NCBI GenBank assembly: GCA_047495785.1
Contig: JBLDXI010000024.1
Span: forward strand, 1,054,001-1,118,000
Source: Lepidodermella squamata
Lineage: Eukaryota; Animalia; Gastrotricha
DNA: 64,000 nt
Reading direction: 5' to 3'
Shown here: piece after piece, positions 11,469-22,622 of the stretch
Position numbering within the stretch: the first letter of the stretch is position 1
Layout of the letters: the number at the start of each line of letters is the position of its first letter
Made by a program: the position numbers and the translations under genes
Notes under the pieces: model-generated
The model's database searches: none
The model's input: only the letters and a program-made list of their open reading frames with translations
Told to the model about the DNA's origin: nothing

Positions 11469-12866
11469 CTAAGCCTTGATAGCATTGTGGCCATTTCCAT
11501 TCGAAATTTGTTCGATGCCATTCTCCTTAGCCTCTCTAGCCTTGGCTTCAGCTTTCGCCAGTTGATCGGCACACATTTTCTCGCACATGTCCCACAACTT
11601 TTTCGCCTGGTCGTCATTTTCAGCAATCGAGTACACCTTGACGAGTTTGCATTTGTGCCAAAACCGGCCCGAGTGCTGCTCGATGCCAGGGTCACATGCG
11701 CAGATCAGCGTTGTTTTAGCGCCAATCTCCGGGGTAACCCAAATTTTCTGCACCTTACTCGTCAGGAATTGCATCAGCTTCGAACGATGGCGGTAGATGT
11801 CTGTTCCGACTTTGCCTGGGTTGAGGGAGAACGTTATAACGCCGCTGTCTTTCTCGCTGTTTAGCAGCTGGTGAAGACGGCGAGCGTGCAGGATATTGCA
11901 CAACTTGGACTGGCAGTAGGCAAGCAGCGGGTGGAAAATGCGCCGGTCGTACTGAAGGTCGTCGAGGCGAAGACCGTTCGGGCGGCAGAAATGATAGCCA
12001 TCCGATGATACAATAACAATGCGGGCTGGTGCCGATCGTTTGATGAGATCCAACAACAAATTTGTTAACAAGAAATGCCCTGTAAAAAATTATGGTTTAA
12101 TATTAATAAATTAATATAAATTAATATAAAAATAAATTATAAACAAAAAATAAAAAATAAAAAATAAAAAAATAAAAAGGGGTGGAGAGTCATGGGGCGC
12201 CTATAGCAGCCTCACCAGACCGCTCACTACCGACCTCGCACACATGGCAGAGCGTCGACCTCGAGCCTCCTGCACCAAGTGCGAGTTGTCTTCCAACATC
12301 GCCACTTGAGCCCCCACGAATGTCATGTCAGTAAAACACATGATGACTCAGAGCTCCTCAATAACATGCTGTCAAAATTGTCTATAATTGAGATCAAATT
12401 TAACCCTCTTAAACCCTCTTTTAGACTGATGATTAATTGAAAGCTAACCCAGATGATTGACTTGGAAAGTTGATTCGAATCCGTCCTCAGTTATTTCCTT
12501 TTTGTCCGGCCCAGCAATGCCGGCATTATTGATAAGGACATGTAAATACTGCTCCGTGGCCAGAATTTCAGCCGCAAATCGGCGAACAGACGCTAATGAG
12601 CCTAGGTCCAAATGTTTGACAACAACTTTTTTAGCCGCTTCTTCCTCGCTGAGGCCGCACTGTTGGCGAATATCGGCAGCAGCATCGTTGGCCGCTTTCA
12701 GGTTTCGGCAGGCCATGATGACCTTGCCAGCGCCACGCTTCACCAGTTCGAGAACGGTAACTTTACCGATACCGGTATTAGCACCGGTGACAATAACGAT
12801 TTTGTCCTTAATAGACCATTCAGGCCATTGTTGCGGCTCAACGATAGCTCGTTTTTCGTCAGACAT
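11469..12866 (-). CDS. retinol dehydrogenase 11/12-like SDR, paralog 2
   Basis: TGANTGIG, ACRN, NNAG, NHLG|HFLLT, YCQSK; intron 12080-12448 at the same position as in the paralogs. Confidence 0.92.
12179..12315 (-). ncRNA. putative Pol III transcript or tRNA(Pro)-derived SINE-like element inside the SDR intron
   Basis: GC-rich island in an AT-rich intron; minus strand GGGGGCTCAAGTGGCGATGTTGG (A-box-like), anticodon-like arm GCAC-TTG-GTGC, GGTCGAC (degenerate B box), ends CCCC + T-run. Confidence 0.4.
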
Positions 12867-13645
12867 AACTGCTAATTTTAATTAAAATAAAATACTAAAA
12901 TCAGAAGAGAGAAATTAACCTAGAAAAAGATTAAAAATTAAAAATCGTTCATTATTTTAGAATTTAAGGGTAAGGGTTTTACCGCGCTACAATGGCGGGA
13001 AAACTCGGAATATTTTAACGTAAGCGATGTACATCTTAACGGCGCGAAATGGCGCCATATTGTTTTTGCCGCATGGTTACCCTTTAACCGTGTGCAAGCG
13101 GCTTTAACACGAGGAGAACAATTTCGGCGGAGTTGAATTCATCCGTATGTTCAAGCGCACCGGCAATGGTGCGATGCGTGGGCTCTAAAAGAAACAAGAA
13201 ATAGCCAACTGTTATATACGCTTATAGCGTAGTAGCGCTCGAGAAAATAAAATGATGAAAAAAAATTCAACAGCATGTACGCATCGTATTGTATGACAAA
13301 TGCTGCGCATGAACCTGCGGACAGCCAATGAGAAAAATGCGTGGCGTTACTCAGGCATTGAAAACAAAAACTAAACAGACCAGGGCTTAATTGCAGCAAC
13401 TCATTGATGACGGCAAAGCAGCGTAACGCTAAGATGGGCTATGATTATGAAAGTTGACTCATAAAGGTGACTAAAAAATAAGCCATCTTAGCGGATATTT
13501 CAACAATAGATAGCAAATTAAAACTAAATCCAGATGCTTGTGAAGCTGTGAGTTTCAGATAAAAATCCCTATAAAACCCATTTTATTTCGAATATTCATA
13601 AGATATTAACGAATCCGAGGTACAGGAAATAAATTGGTGTTAAAT

Positions 13646-15562
13646 TTAAGCTGATTCATTGGGAACTTTTTCGTCCGCCTTATTCTTGGTTTCGTTATCC
13701 GAATCTGAGTCGGCAACCTTTTTCACAGCTTGCTTGAACAAAGCGAAAGCGCTCTCAGACTCAGTTTGAACGCCCTTGGATTCCAAAATCGTTTTTGGCA
13801 ACTCGTCAGTTTGAGTAAATTGGCTATTGTAAAGGCTGCTCAACGTCTTAACCCGAAGTCCGGTAGTTGGCTGGGGTAGCGTATCGTTCTTGAAAATTCC
13901 AGCCGCCAAAGCTTTTTCGTAGCTCTCCTTGCAGTATCGCTCGCTAATTTGCCACAGTTTCTCAGCCTTGTACATGTCCTTGCCAACTGAATACACCATC
14001 GTCGGTGAACAGCGGAGAAAATGCTTGCCGGAGTAACGTTCAATTTTCGGCTTGCAGGCGCAGTGAATCGTCGTTTTCGCGCCCTGTTCAGCCGTTATGA
14101 CGATGAATCGCAGCGGAGCAACAATTTTGTTGTGGAAAAATTGCCACGATTTCGAGCGGTGCTTCAAAATATCGGTTCTAACCATGCCAGGGTGCAGCGT
14201 GTAGACAGTGACGTTCGAATTTTCAGCTCGAAGCATTTGGTTGAGTTTGCGCATCGTAAGGATAACGGCGAGTTTCGAGTGCGAATAAGCGTCCCAAAAG
14301 TCAAATTTACGCTTCTCGATCTGCAGATCGTCGAGTATGAGGCCTTTCGGCCACGTGAACACATATGCGTCCGAGGCAACAGCTATGATTCGGCTTGGTC
14401 CAGATTTTTTGATAAGTGGAAGCAGTAGGTTCGTCAACAGAAAGTGCCCTAAGATAAAAAAATTATATTGTTATTCCGTAAAATAGCTAAAAAAAAAGAA
14501 AAATACCTGAAAAATATCAGCCTTAATAAAAAAATGGGACATTTTATTCTGAGGTTTCCTCATTGGGCATTGGGTTCCCCAACTTTGGTCCCAGCATCAG
14601 CCTTCGAAAATAACAAATGTTTGCCATAGCTTTCATTCTAGAATAACTTCAGGGGTGCCAAATTTGTCTGTTGCGGACACGAAATTGGCTTTAACAGAAC
14701 CTAATTTCAAAACTAACCAATAATCGTTTAATTATTTTAATTTTAATTTTTCCAATAGTTGTAATAATTTTGAAGATACTTTTGATTATACTGAAAATCA
14801 ACCAGAATTTATGGTGGATTTTTTAGATTTTCCAAAATAAATTATGAATCTCCTGGAAATTCAGAAGATGGTGAATTATTTATTTGAAATTTGGTTCGGC
14901 TGAAAGCTATACTATTTTTTATTCGGGCACAATAAAGGTGAAAAGCGAAATTAAACTCGTGGCAAGGAAACAATCAAAAAATTCTGCAAAAAACCGAAAA
15001 CCGCACTGCTTCTAAAGGTCTTTGTCTAAGCTTTTGCGGTCGGGAGTAAAAAATTGAAAAAGCGAATAAAAAGCGCACTCATAAAAGGGAAATGTTATGA
15101 CTCATTTCTGAATTACTTTTGTGTCACACTTTTTGTGCGCCAAGCCATACCTAGGTAATTAGTGGCGAATGTGAGTTCAAGCCCGTCGACTGTCGTCCGT
15201 CGATCAGCCGGTGGGTTGATGCCAGCGTTGTTGATCAGCAGATTCAGCACGGGCTCTGCCTCCAAAATTTCATACGCGAATTGCCGGACAAGAGTTAGCG
15301 ACGACAAATCAAGCCGTTTGATGACCACGCGCTTTTTCGCTTCCTCTTCGCTGAATTTACACAGCTCGCGAATTTCCGTCGCTACTTTCTCGGCTAAATC
15401 CACCGCGATGTCGGCTATGATGATTTTTCCGAGGCCGCGTTGCATCAGTCGCAGGGCGGTGAAGCGGCCGATGCCCTGGGCGCCGCCAGTCAACAGGCAC
15501 ACCTTGCCCTCGATCGACCACGGTTCCAGCTCTGGTTCTTTTCTCTGACTCCCGCCAGCCAT
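13646..15562 (-). CDS. retinol dehydrogenase-like SDR, paralog 3 (extended C-terminus)
   Basis: TGGAQGIG, IIIADI, LINNAG, NYLG|HFLLT, YSHSK, LHPGMVRT; intron 14449-15150. Confidence 0.92.
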
Positions 15563-16643
15563 GACGTGCTCACGAAAGCATACAGATAAATGAAACTAAA
15601 CTACTTAGTTCGCCCGATGCTCCAGTAATGTACACCGTTATTAGGTGAGCTGCACTGAGTTTGCGTCTTCAAGCGTCTAGGTTGACTCTTACTTATTTTA
15701 AAATTTTTGTTTACGCTACCAGGGGTGAAATTTTCGGAGAACAATGCTTTTTTCAACGGTTGAGCATGCGTGGTTCTTGTTGTTCGCCGCGCGTTGCTAT
15801 AATAAAGACAACAAAAACTTGCCGCGCGGCTTTAATATATGCTACGGCATTACTCATACAAAAAAACTAGATGCTAAAAATAACTCAAAAATTTCTACCG
15901 CGTTATACAAACTCACGACGTCTGTCACATTGAACACTGCTAGCCTGAAAATCGGCTAATTTCAAAATCCTACTTGTAAAAATGTAACATGACTAGGAAT
16001 GAAACTCGAATTAGAACTACAAGTCGCTTGACAACTGAGAAATTGTAAGAAAAAGCTGTTAGTCTCTATGGTTGGTCATGGAAAAAGGTCCTTAACGTTT
16101 CTGTATCGCCGCGTGAGGAACCTGTTATGGGTTTAAATATTTGCACGACTAAAATTGAAGTTCCAGAACTTCAGCGTGGCCAATACTGAACCCCTGAGAT
16201 TTTTTATTTCAGCTCTATTTGGTACCATCAGCTATAGGTGGAAACATTTCAAGCTTCAAGATTTTTTCCAAGACTTCTAATGTCGGATTTGTATAGTAAT
16301 CGATACTTGGAATCGATACTGGCTCTGCTGGCTAATGTATAACTGGTAGAAACTGCCTGTCGAAGTGCAAAATGTGCGAAATAGTGAGATTTATCAGTTA
16401 GGCACGAAAATAAAAGACGAGAAAATCAAGCTGAAGTCTCAAATTTAGTGCTGGAACCCTAAAGTTAGGGTCAGTGCTTTGCTCTCCCCTTTCATCTCAT
16501 CGTTGGGGGTTGGCAGGTTTGCTATTCTAAATCGACACTTCGACCCAAAACAAATTTGTCAACTCGAGCGGAACGAAGTTTTCAACAACGAGCTTCTGGC
16601 TCCTCCTCTGACGAGGAAGGTTTCTCCTAAAAAAAATGACATT

Positions 16644-16715
16644 TAGCAGAGCGTAGTTTCGATCTACAGACCTCTGGGTTATGGGCCCAGCGCGCTTCCA
16701 CTGCGCCACTCTGCT
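16644..16715 (-). tRNA. tRNA-iMet-CAT: initiator tRNA-Met (CAT)
   Basis: AGCAGAGTGGCGCAGTGGAAGCGCGCTGGGCCCATAACCCAGAGGTCTGTAGATCGAAACTACGCTCTGCTA: A1-U72 pair, GGG/CCC anticodon stem, ATCG T-loop typical of eukaryotic initiator tRNA. Confidence 0.97.
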
Positions 16716-16888
16716 TGTCTGGTTTGTTCTTCGATTGGGTCCTCAAGTAACGGAAAAAACTAAAAACTGACTTCAAATGATTGGAACTTACAGTAATCTT
16801 CGGGCATCAATACGATTCCCCTTTTGAGAATTCAGATTTGAATTAGGGTTCCCAACATCGACCTGAATCTGCAATGTTCCAACATGGC

Positions 16889-16960
16889 GGCTCAGTAGCT
16901 TAGTGGTAGAGCGTCTGTCTCGTAAACAGAAGATCGCGGGTTCAATTCCCGCCTGGGCCT
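16889..16960 (+). tRNA. tRNA-Thr-CGT: tRNA-Thr (CGT)
   Basis: GGCTCAG/CTGGGCC acceptor stem, TAGCTTAGTGGTAGAGC D arm, TCTGT-CT-CGT-AA-ACAGA anticodon arm, GCGGG-TTCAATT-CCCGC T arm. Confidence 0.96.
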
Positions 16961-17038
16961 CTCTTCTAACTGTTTTATACTCGCTCCTAAAACAATCAAA
17001 AGAGTAAGACTTGATCAAGTTTATAGAAGATTCTAATG

Positions 17039-17332
17039 GCTGGAAGCAGTGGCGCGCTTCTGTAACTCAGCGACTTGAGAGCCGGGCTTGCCGAATGGCC
17101 GGCCGGTGGGAGCCCTGTCTACGGATGTCACATGTCGATCGAGCGCCCCGTGTAAGTACGCCATCAACATGGTCGGAGCGGCGGAGGCCGTACTGCCCAG
17201 GTTGCGTAATGACACGTCAAAGGTCAGGTCCTAACGGAAGCAGCCTAACGATGAGCGTGGTGAGCGGTACCGGGACAGTGCTTGTGAATGTGCGCCGTAG
17301 CCAGCCCATCGGTTCAGCTGGACGCAAATCTT
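17039..17332 (+). ncRNA. RN7SL: 7SL / signal recognition particle RNA
   Basis: Alu-domain 5' end GCTGGAAGCAGTGGCGCGCTTCTGTAACTCAGC; CATCAACATGGT, helix 6 GCGGC-GGAG-GCCGT, CCAGGTTGCGTAA, helix 8 CAGGTCC-TAAC-GGAAGCAG, GCTTGTGAAT; about 293 nt; T6 terminator at 17331. Confidence 0.93.
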
Positions 17333-17503
17333 TTTTCAATTATATTTTTTATTTTTTTTCGTTATTTTGAATCATTCAAGTTCGCCGGTAGAATCTCGCA
17401 GCATCGAAATTAGGATCAAGTGGGATTATATTCCCAGACAGAAAATGCTGAATTCTATTACAAGCCAGCTTAAAATCTGGAGTTAATAAAATTACAGCAA
17501 AAA

Positions 17504-18189
17504 ATGCTGCTTAAACTTCTCATCGCTGCTTCTTTCTGCGTTGCAGCAGTTTTAGGTATATTACATTAATCCCTCTTTATCGATTCTTGTTGGAATTATA
17601 TTTCAGGCACCCAGTGTTACGTTGGATTGGTGACGAACCCTAATGAGCAACCGCCGTCGATGATCACCTGCCCACAAGGATGCAGGGTAGTTTATTAACT
17701 GACTTTTTTATCTGCTAAATTTAATCATGAATTTTCCAGATTGACAGCGAAAGGACGTTTCGAGGCAATCAACTGGTAGACGTTTACCAAAAGTACTCAT
17801 GCTCGCCAGCATGCCGTTCGAGACAGTCGATACAGCGCCGTAGTGGCTGGGCCGATAATCAACGAAAACAGTTTGAAACCTGTACGTGTTGCCACAACGG
17901 CTGCAACGTGGACATCGACCAGTGCCTGGGTAACGCCCGTAAACAGGCCAGGCCTTTCATCGGCAATTTCGGGGGCGATACGATGGTAATGTCCGGCGGT
18001 GGCAATTTTTACTCATCAGGCCCGGGCGGGTTTGTGTCAAGCGGCCGTGGCGATACGATCATCTCGGGTGGCGGAAATGGGTTCATTTCGAGTGGCAGTG
18101 TTATCAGCTACGGCAATGGGGGATTTTGGAACATATTTGGAAGACGGCGAAGGCAATTAAATAATGAGAGAGCAAGATCAGATTATTGA
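17504..18189 (+). CDS. secreted Ly6/three-finger-like protein with Gly/Ser-rich C-terminal tail
   Basis: 3 exons: MLLKLLIAASFCVAAVL|GTQCYVG...CPQGCR|IDS...YSCSPACR...CTCCHNGCN (CCxxxCN motif), then GG-rich tail ending GFWNIFGRRRR. Confidence 0.7.
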
Positions 18190-18411
18190 TTTGAAATAAA
18201 ATTCGAAAAATCTACGGAACTCAATGTTTGCTCACCCTGACGCAAATTCTATCAGATGACGTGTTTAGATGCCCGCAAGCAACATCTGCTGTTAGTTGAA
18301 GTTACAGTTTTGAAGGTCGAGGGGTGACTGAATAAATAAACTAGAACGATTCTCGAGCTGTTTTTAGAAATAATTCTTTCATTTTCAGGGTTCATCTGAT
18401 CTATAGGCAGT

Positions 18412-19651
18412 ATGCAGCTCCTCTGGTTTCTACTCGTTTTATTCCAGTTATCGATAGCTCGGAAAGATGAGCAGAGTTTGGATCTAGGGACAGGTCGGAT
18501 ATAATTTTGGCAATTTTCAAAATAAAAATGCCAGTTTTTTCCATAAAGATTACGACTCAGTCGCCAAGTCGAGTAATTTACCCACGAATTTGAATGCAGA
18601 TTTTCATGTCACCGTTTAGATCCAGCTCTTCCTGCAATTTTTCGGCCGCAAGCTGCCAGTACCGCAGTGCCTAGTCTGCCCAAAGCAGCCGCGGCTCACG
18701 ATTTGTACTTTGTTCCGGATATTCCAGTTGAAATTCCACAACGATGCGTCGAGCCGAGTAACGAATTTTCAGAGCTTCCTTAATTTCTCACCTTTTATGT
18801 TACTTTGCAGATCAAAATTGCAGTGAAATTTACGTTGTGAAGGCATCTCCGAAACTGGCGGCCGGCGACCTTACCATCAAAAAGCAGCCGAAAGACAAAT
18901 GCTTGTGCTGGGTTTTTGAATTTCCGAAAGCGTCTTTCAGGTAAAATATTTTTTTTAATTTGAAGGTTATTAATTTTACTTCTGTTCATCGTTATTAGCT
19001 TTGAGCTGCGCGAAGTTCACAAGTTCGAAATTACGGGTAATTTTTGGAAATTTTCATTATTTTTTAATATTTTAATATTAATTTATTTTAAAAATTAATA
19101 TAATTTTCTAATTTTTTATTTATTTTCATGAATTTTCGAAATCCGACGTAGATTCCTGCGGCCTGGACGCGATCGCGATTTATGATACCGGCATCGATGA
19201 CTCGAAACCGCTAGCGACGCTGTGCCGAGCAAATTCCGAAATGATGCCAATAACGAGCAGGAGCAGTTCAGTTACGGTGAAATTCGAGCGAAAAACAAAC
19301 AGCGTCAATTTCACCCTACATTGGAAAGCACGATTCTACGAGGAAAACATCGAAAATTCTGGAAATAGCCGTTTGTTAAAATTTACATAAAAATTCCCAA
19401 TTTTACCTTAAATTTTCAGAAGCCTTGGAGATCGCAGGGTCGACTTTGGGGGCTGTTGTTAGCGTAGTATGTCTTGCCGTCTTCGCCTATGCCGCTTTTC
19501 ACTTCATGTAAGTCTTTACACCAGTGCTTCGATTTCTGAATAATTCTGCGTATATTTTAGGAAAAAGAAAAAGCGTCTTCAAGCTATGGAATCAGCCGCT
19601 AATGGCAACGTTCAAGTCGTTATGCAGGCACTTCCGAATCCAGAAACCTGA
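18412..19651 (+). CDS. divergent CUB-domain single-pass membrane protein (multi-exon)
   Basis: Signal MQLLWFLLVLFQLSIA; exon SCGLDAIAIYDTG...LCRAN...SSSVTVKFERK..NFTLHW; TM IAGSTLGAVVSVVCLAVFAYAAF; stop 19649-19651. Confidence 0.7.
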
Positions 19652-19868
19652 GTCTGAAATCGTCGTTTTTGTTATTGCCTTAATTTGACCGATTCTTGCC
19701 ATGCTCATCTTAATGTTATGTATAATATTGCCAACCTCATTTGCTAACTTTTCGGATTAAATTTCAAATTTTGCCTGTAATTAAAGCTGATTTTTTCCTA
19801 TATTTTTGGTATAGGGCACTTGTAAACATTGTAAATAGCTCTTAGAATTGTAGTTTATATGTTCGAAA

Positions 19869-21270
19869 ATGATTGGGGAAAGTCTTATATTCCTATCATT
19901 AATAACGCTGATTCCCATCCCTTCCTGTTCTGGCCAGCGATTCGATTTACTCGACCTACCTCCTGGCGCTGAAATTCCAGGTGAATCATCTTTCTGTTTC
20001 AGGAATTTCTAATGATTTATTGAATTTAACGTTCAGATCACATGTTTTTCGATAAGAGACAAACCACAGCCGAACCTGATGACTATGAAGAGACGAAAAT
20101 AACTACAAAAGTTCCATATGCAGGCCATAATTCATACGATGAATATGAAGCTACAACCAATCGTAATTCGAATTCGAAATCTACGGCTGAGGCTTTGGAA
20201 ACTGCAAACTACGACGATGAAACAACTGAAAGTAACATCAAAAGCACGACGACGGATTCAGACTACCTTGATGAGAATAAAACTCCGGGATCTTCAACTA
20301 GGCGAAGCCATGGCATTACGACGCCAATCAGTGAAACGCCAACTCCAGCCATCGATTACGTTGAAGACTTTACCACTGTTACGCCTGGCCGGATTGTCGA
20401 CTTGGCCAATCAAATGAAACGTTGCGTTCATCATAGTTTGTTGGATATTTTTAACTAAATTAAATTATTTGTAACCTTTAATTTTTCAGATTTTCCCTGC
20501 CGAAAGACAGCTCTTATCACGGCATCACTCGCCATTAAAAAAGGGATCTTGACCTTAGTCGGGGAGCCGGACGAGCCTAACGAATGCTTATGTTGGATTT
20601 TCGACTCGAAACTAGTTGGGACAACATTTCTGTAAACGAAATTTAACATAAATTGAAATAATCTCTAAAAATTCAAATTTAGATTTGAGGTGAAAAGATT
20701 GGTACATTTCGAAGTCGCAGGTATTTTTGTGTCTCTCCATTTTATTGGTACTATTTTGTTTGTTTTTGAAGATAACTGCAATGTCGATGCTTTGGCGATT
20801 TTCGACATTGCTATGGATCCTGTTGATCCGATCTCGTTGTCTTGTGATCCCAAAGTCTCCACTATCATTAGGACGCATGGACGCATGGCGAAAGTTAAAT
20901 TCGGTCGTCGAGTTGACAATCTCAACTTTTCGCTAAGCTGGGAGGCAATAATCGATGATCAGGGCGATGATTCTAAAGTTGTAAAGACAGATGACAACGG
21001 AGGCTGGGGAAGTGAGTTGTCCCTATTAATTATTAATTATCAGCAATTATTTATTGTTCCTTATAGCCAAAGAAACAATATTTGCCGTTGCTGGTCTTCT
21101 CATCAGCGCCGTTACAGGAATCCCGGCGCTAGTCGAAGTCGTCAAATTGATGTAAGATTGAAAAATCCAAATAATGCCAAATTATTCTCGTTTCGTTTTC
21201 TTGCAGTAAACGAAATCGAAAAAAATCTGATGCTGAAAAGGTCGCCGACAGTATTCAACAACGAATTTAA
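19869..21270 (+). CDS. divergent CUB-domain single-pass membrane protein with Thr-rich N-terminal region, paralog of 18412-19651
   Basis: Signal MIGESLIFLSLITLIPIPSCSG; T/E/D-rich exon 20042-; NECLCWIF, CNVDALAIFD...SCD...VKFGRR..NFSLSW; TM IFAVAGLLISAVTGIPALV; stop 21268-21270. Confidence 0.7.
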
Positions 21271-21973
21271 TTAGGTCATCGAGTCAGTGTCGTCGAAAAT
21301 CAGCAGTGCTAAGCTCCATCAATATTCAGTTTCATAGCACTTATTATTGCCGATATTTGTTGCCTTTTTAATTATAATTTGCTCAATACCATTTTTGATA
21401 GACTAAAAGTTGAGAAGTTTTCGCTTCGTGGTGAACGGGTCGCGTTTGTTGTTGATGACAATATTCCTGAATAAAAATTGCGATTTTGAATTTTGTTGTT
21501 GATAATTATGATTAGCTAGCTGCTGATAATTTAGGATATATAGCAATATGTTCATCTCGACTGGGCGTCAGACGAAAGTGATATTTCAAATCGAAAATCT
21601 GCTGTTAAATTTCACCATGTCTTCGGAACCATAATCTGAAAATTCGGAAATAGCCTGAGAAAAAGCTGAGTTTTTTGCATTATTTTATTCATTTTGGAGT
21701 TATTTTTCTCCAAATTGAAGTGACATTATTTGGAAAATTATTATTTTATAGATAAAACAGATACTACTTGGAAAATTTGGCTGACAGAATCTTGGGCTTT
21801 CTTGACAGTCCGGCGAAAGCATTCTACGCGCCTGATGTTTGGAAATGGTGGTCACATGACGCATCAATTTACGTTTGTAAATATTATTTTGGGAACATCA
21901 AGTCGGAAAAAATGTAAACCAAGGCGACCGAGCGCTACAAAGAAGAGGCGAAAAGCACTGAAAATCCGAATAT

Positions 21974-22161
21974 CCATATTTGTTCCAATAGCAGCCCATC
22001 CACTGATAATCGCTCATCCCTATAATAGTAGCCCAGGGTTGAGGGGTAAGGTCGGTTCGAAACTATCAAAATGAACGATTCACCAAAAATTATTTTTTGA
22101 AATTTAGAAAATTTCGAGGTTGAAATGTTAGTAGCCCGGGCTGTTATAGGAACAAATACGG
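21974..22161. mobile_element. MITE-like element, Tc1/mariner (Tc2/pogo-type CCGTATTT ends), degenerate
   Basis: Left CCATATTTGTTCCAATAGCAGCCC vs right GGGCTGTTATAGGAACAAATACGG followed by TA; about 21/24 inverted match. Confidence 0.55.
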
Positions 22162-22245
22162 TATCCGACCAGTCGAAATCACGACAAACGACTGCATTTG
22201 ACAGCGATGTCTAAATTGAATCAACTGAAGCATCCCCTTTTTATC

Positions 22246-22622
22246 GGGTCCCCCACAGAGCAGCAGGCTTCAAAGCAGGGAAAACGCACTAAACAGTCCT
22301 CTCAGCAGGCGCTCAGGCTTAGCCTCTGATTTTCAACCAATGGACTAACATGATGGTCAGCTAACCTAGCTTTTCACACCAAAAATTGAGGAACATAAGT
22401 CATCAAAACTCCGTAATGTAACTCAGACCTCACTTTGGTCGAAAAAGTCGTTTTTCGAAATTTTTCCAAAATTCATAAGCCGGACTACTAAAGTTATGAT
22501 GAGTCCATATTCAGAAAACTACGCCGAATTTTATCGTAATTAATTCGATTTATTGTTGCGTGGCGTTTGCACCGCTTTTTGAGATTATCCTGCTTTGAAG
22601 CCTGCTGCTCTGTAGGGGACCC
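22246..22622. mobile_element. non-autonomous Mutator-like (MULE) element / MITE
   Basis: 34-bp TIR GGGTCCCCYACAGAGCAGCAGGCTTCAAAGCAGG (1 mismatch); perfect 9-bp TSD CTTTTTATC at 22237-22245 and 22623-22631. Confidence 0.88.

Noticed and set aside
14560-16480. Patchy inverted similarity between the SDR3 intron (14560-14680) and 16170-16480
   Set aside because: Only short imperfect matches by eye; cannot define an element without an alignment
16527-17370. ORFs 16527-16709, 16788-17018, 17011-17370, 17033-17215
   Set aside because: They overlap tRNA-iMet, tRNA-Thr and 7SL RNA genes
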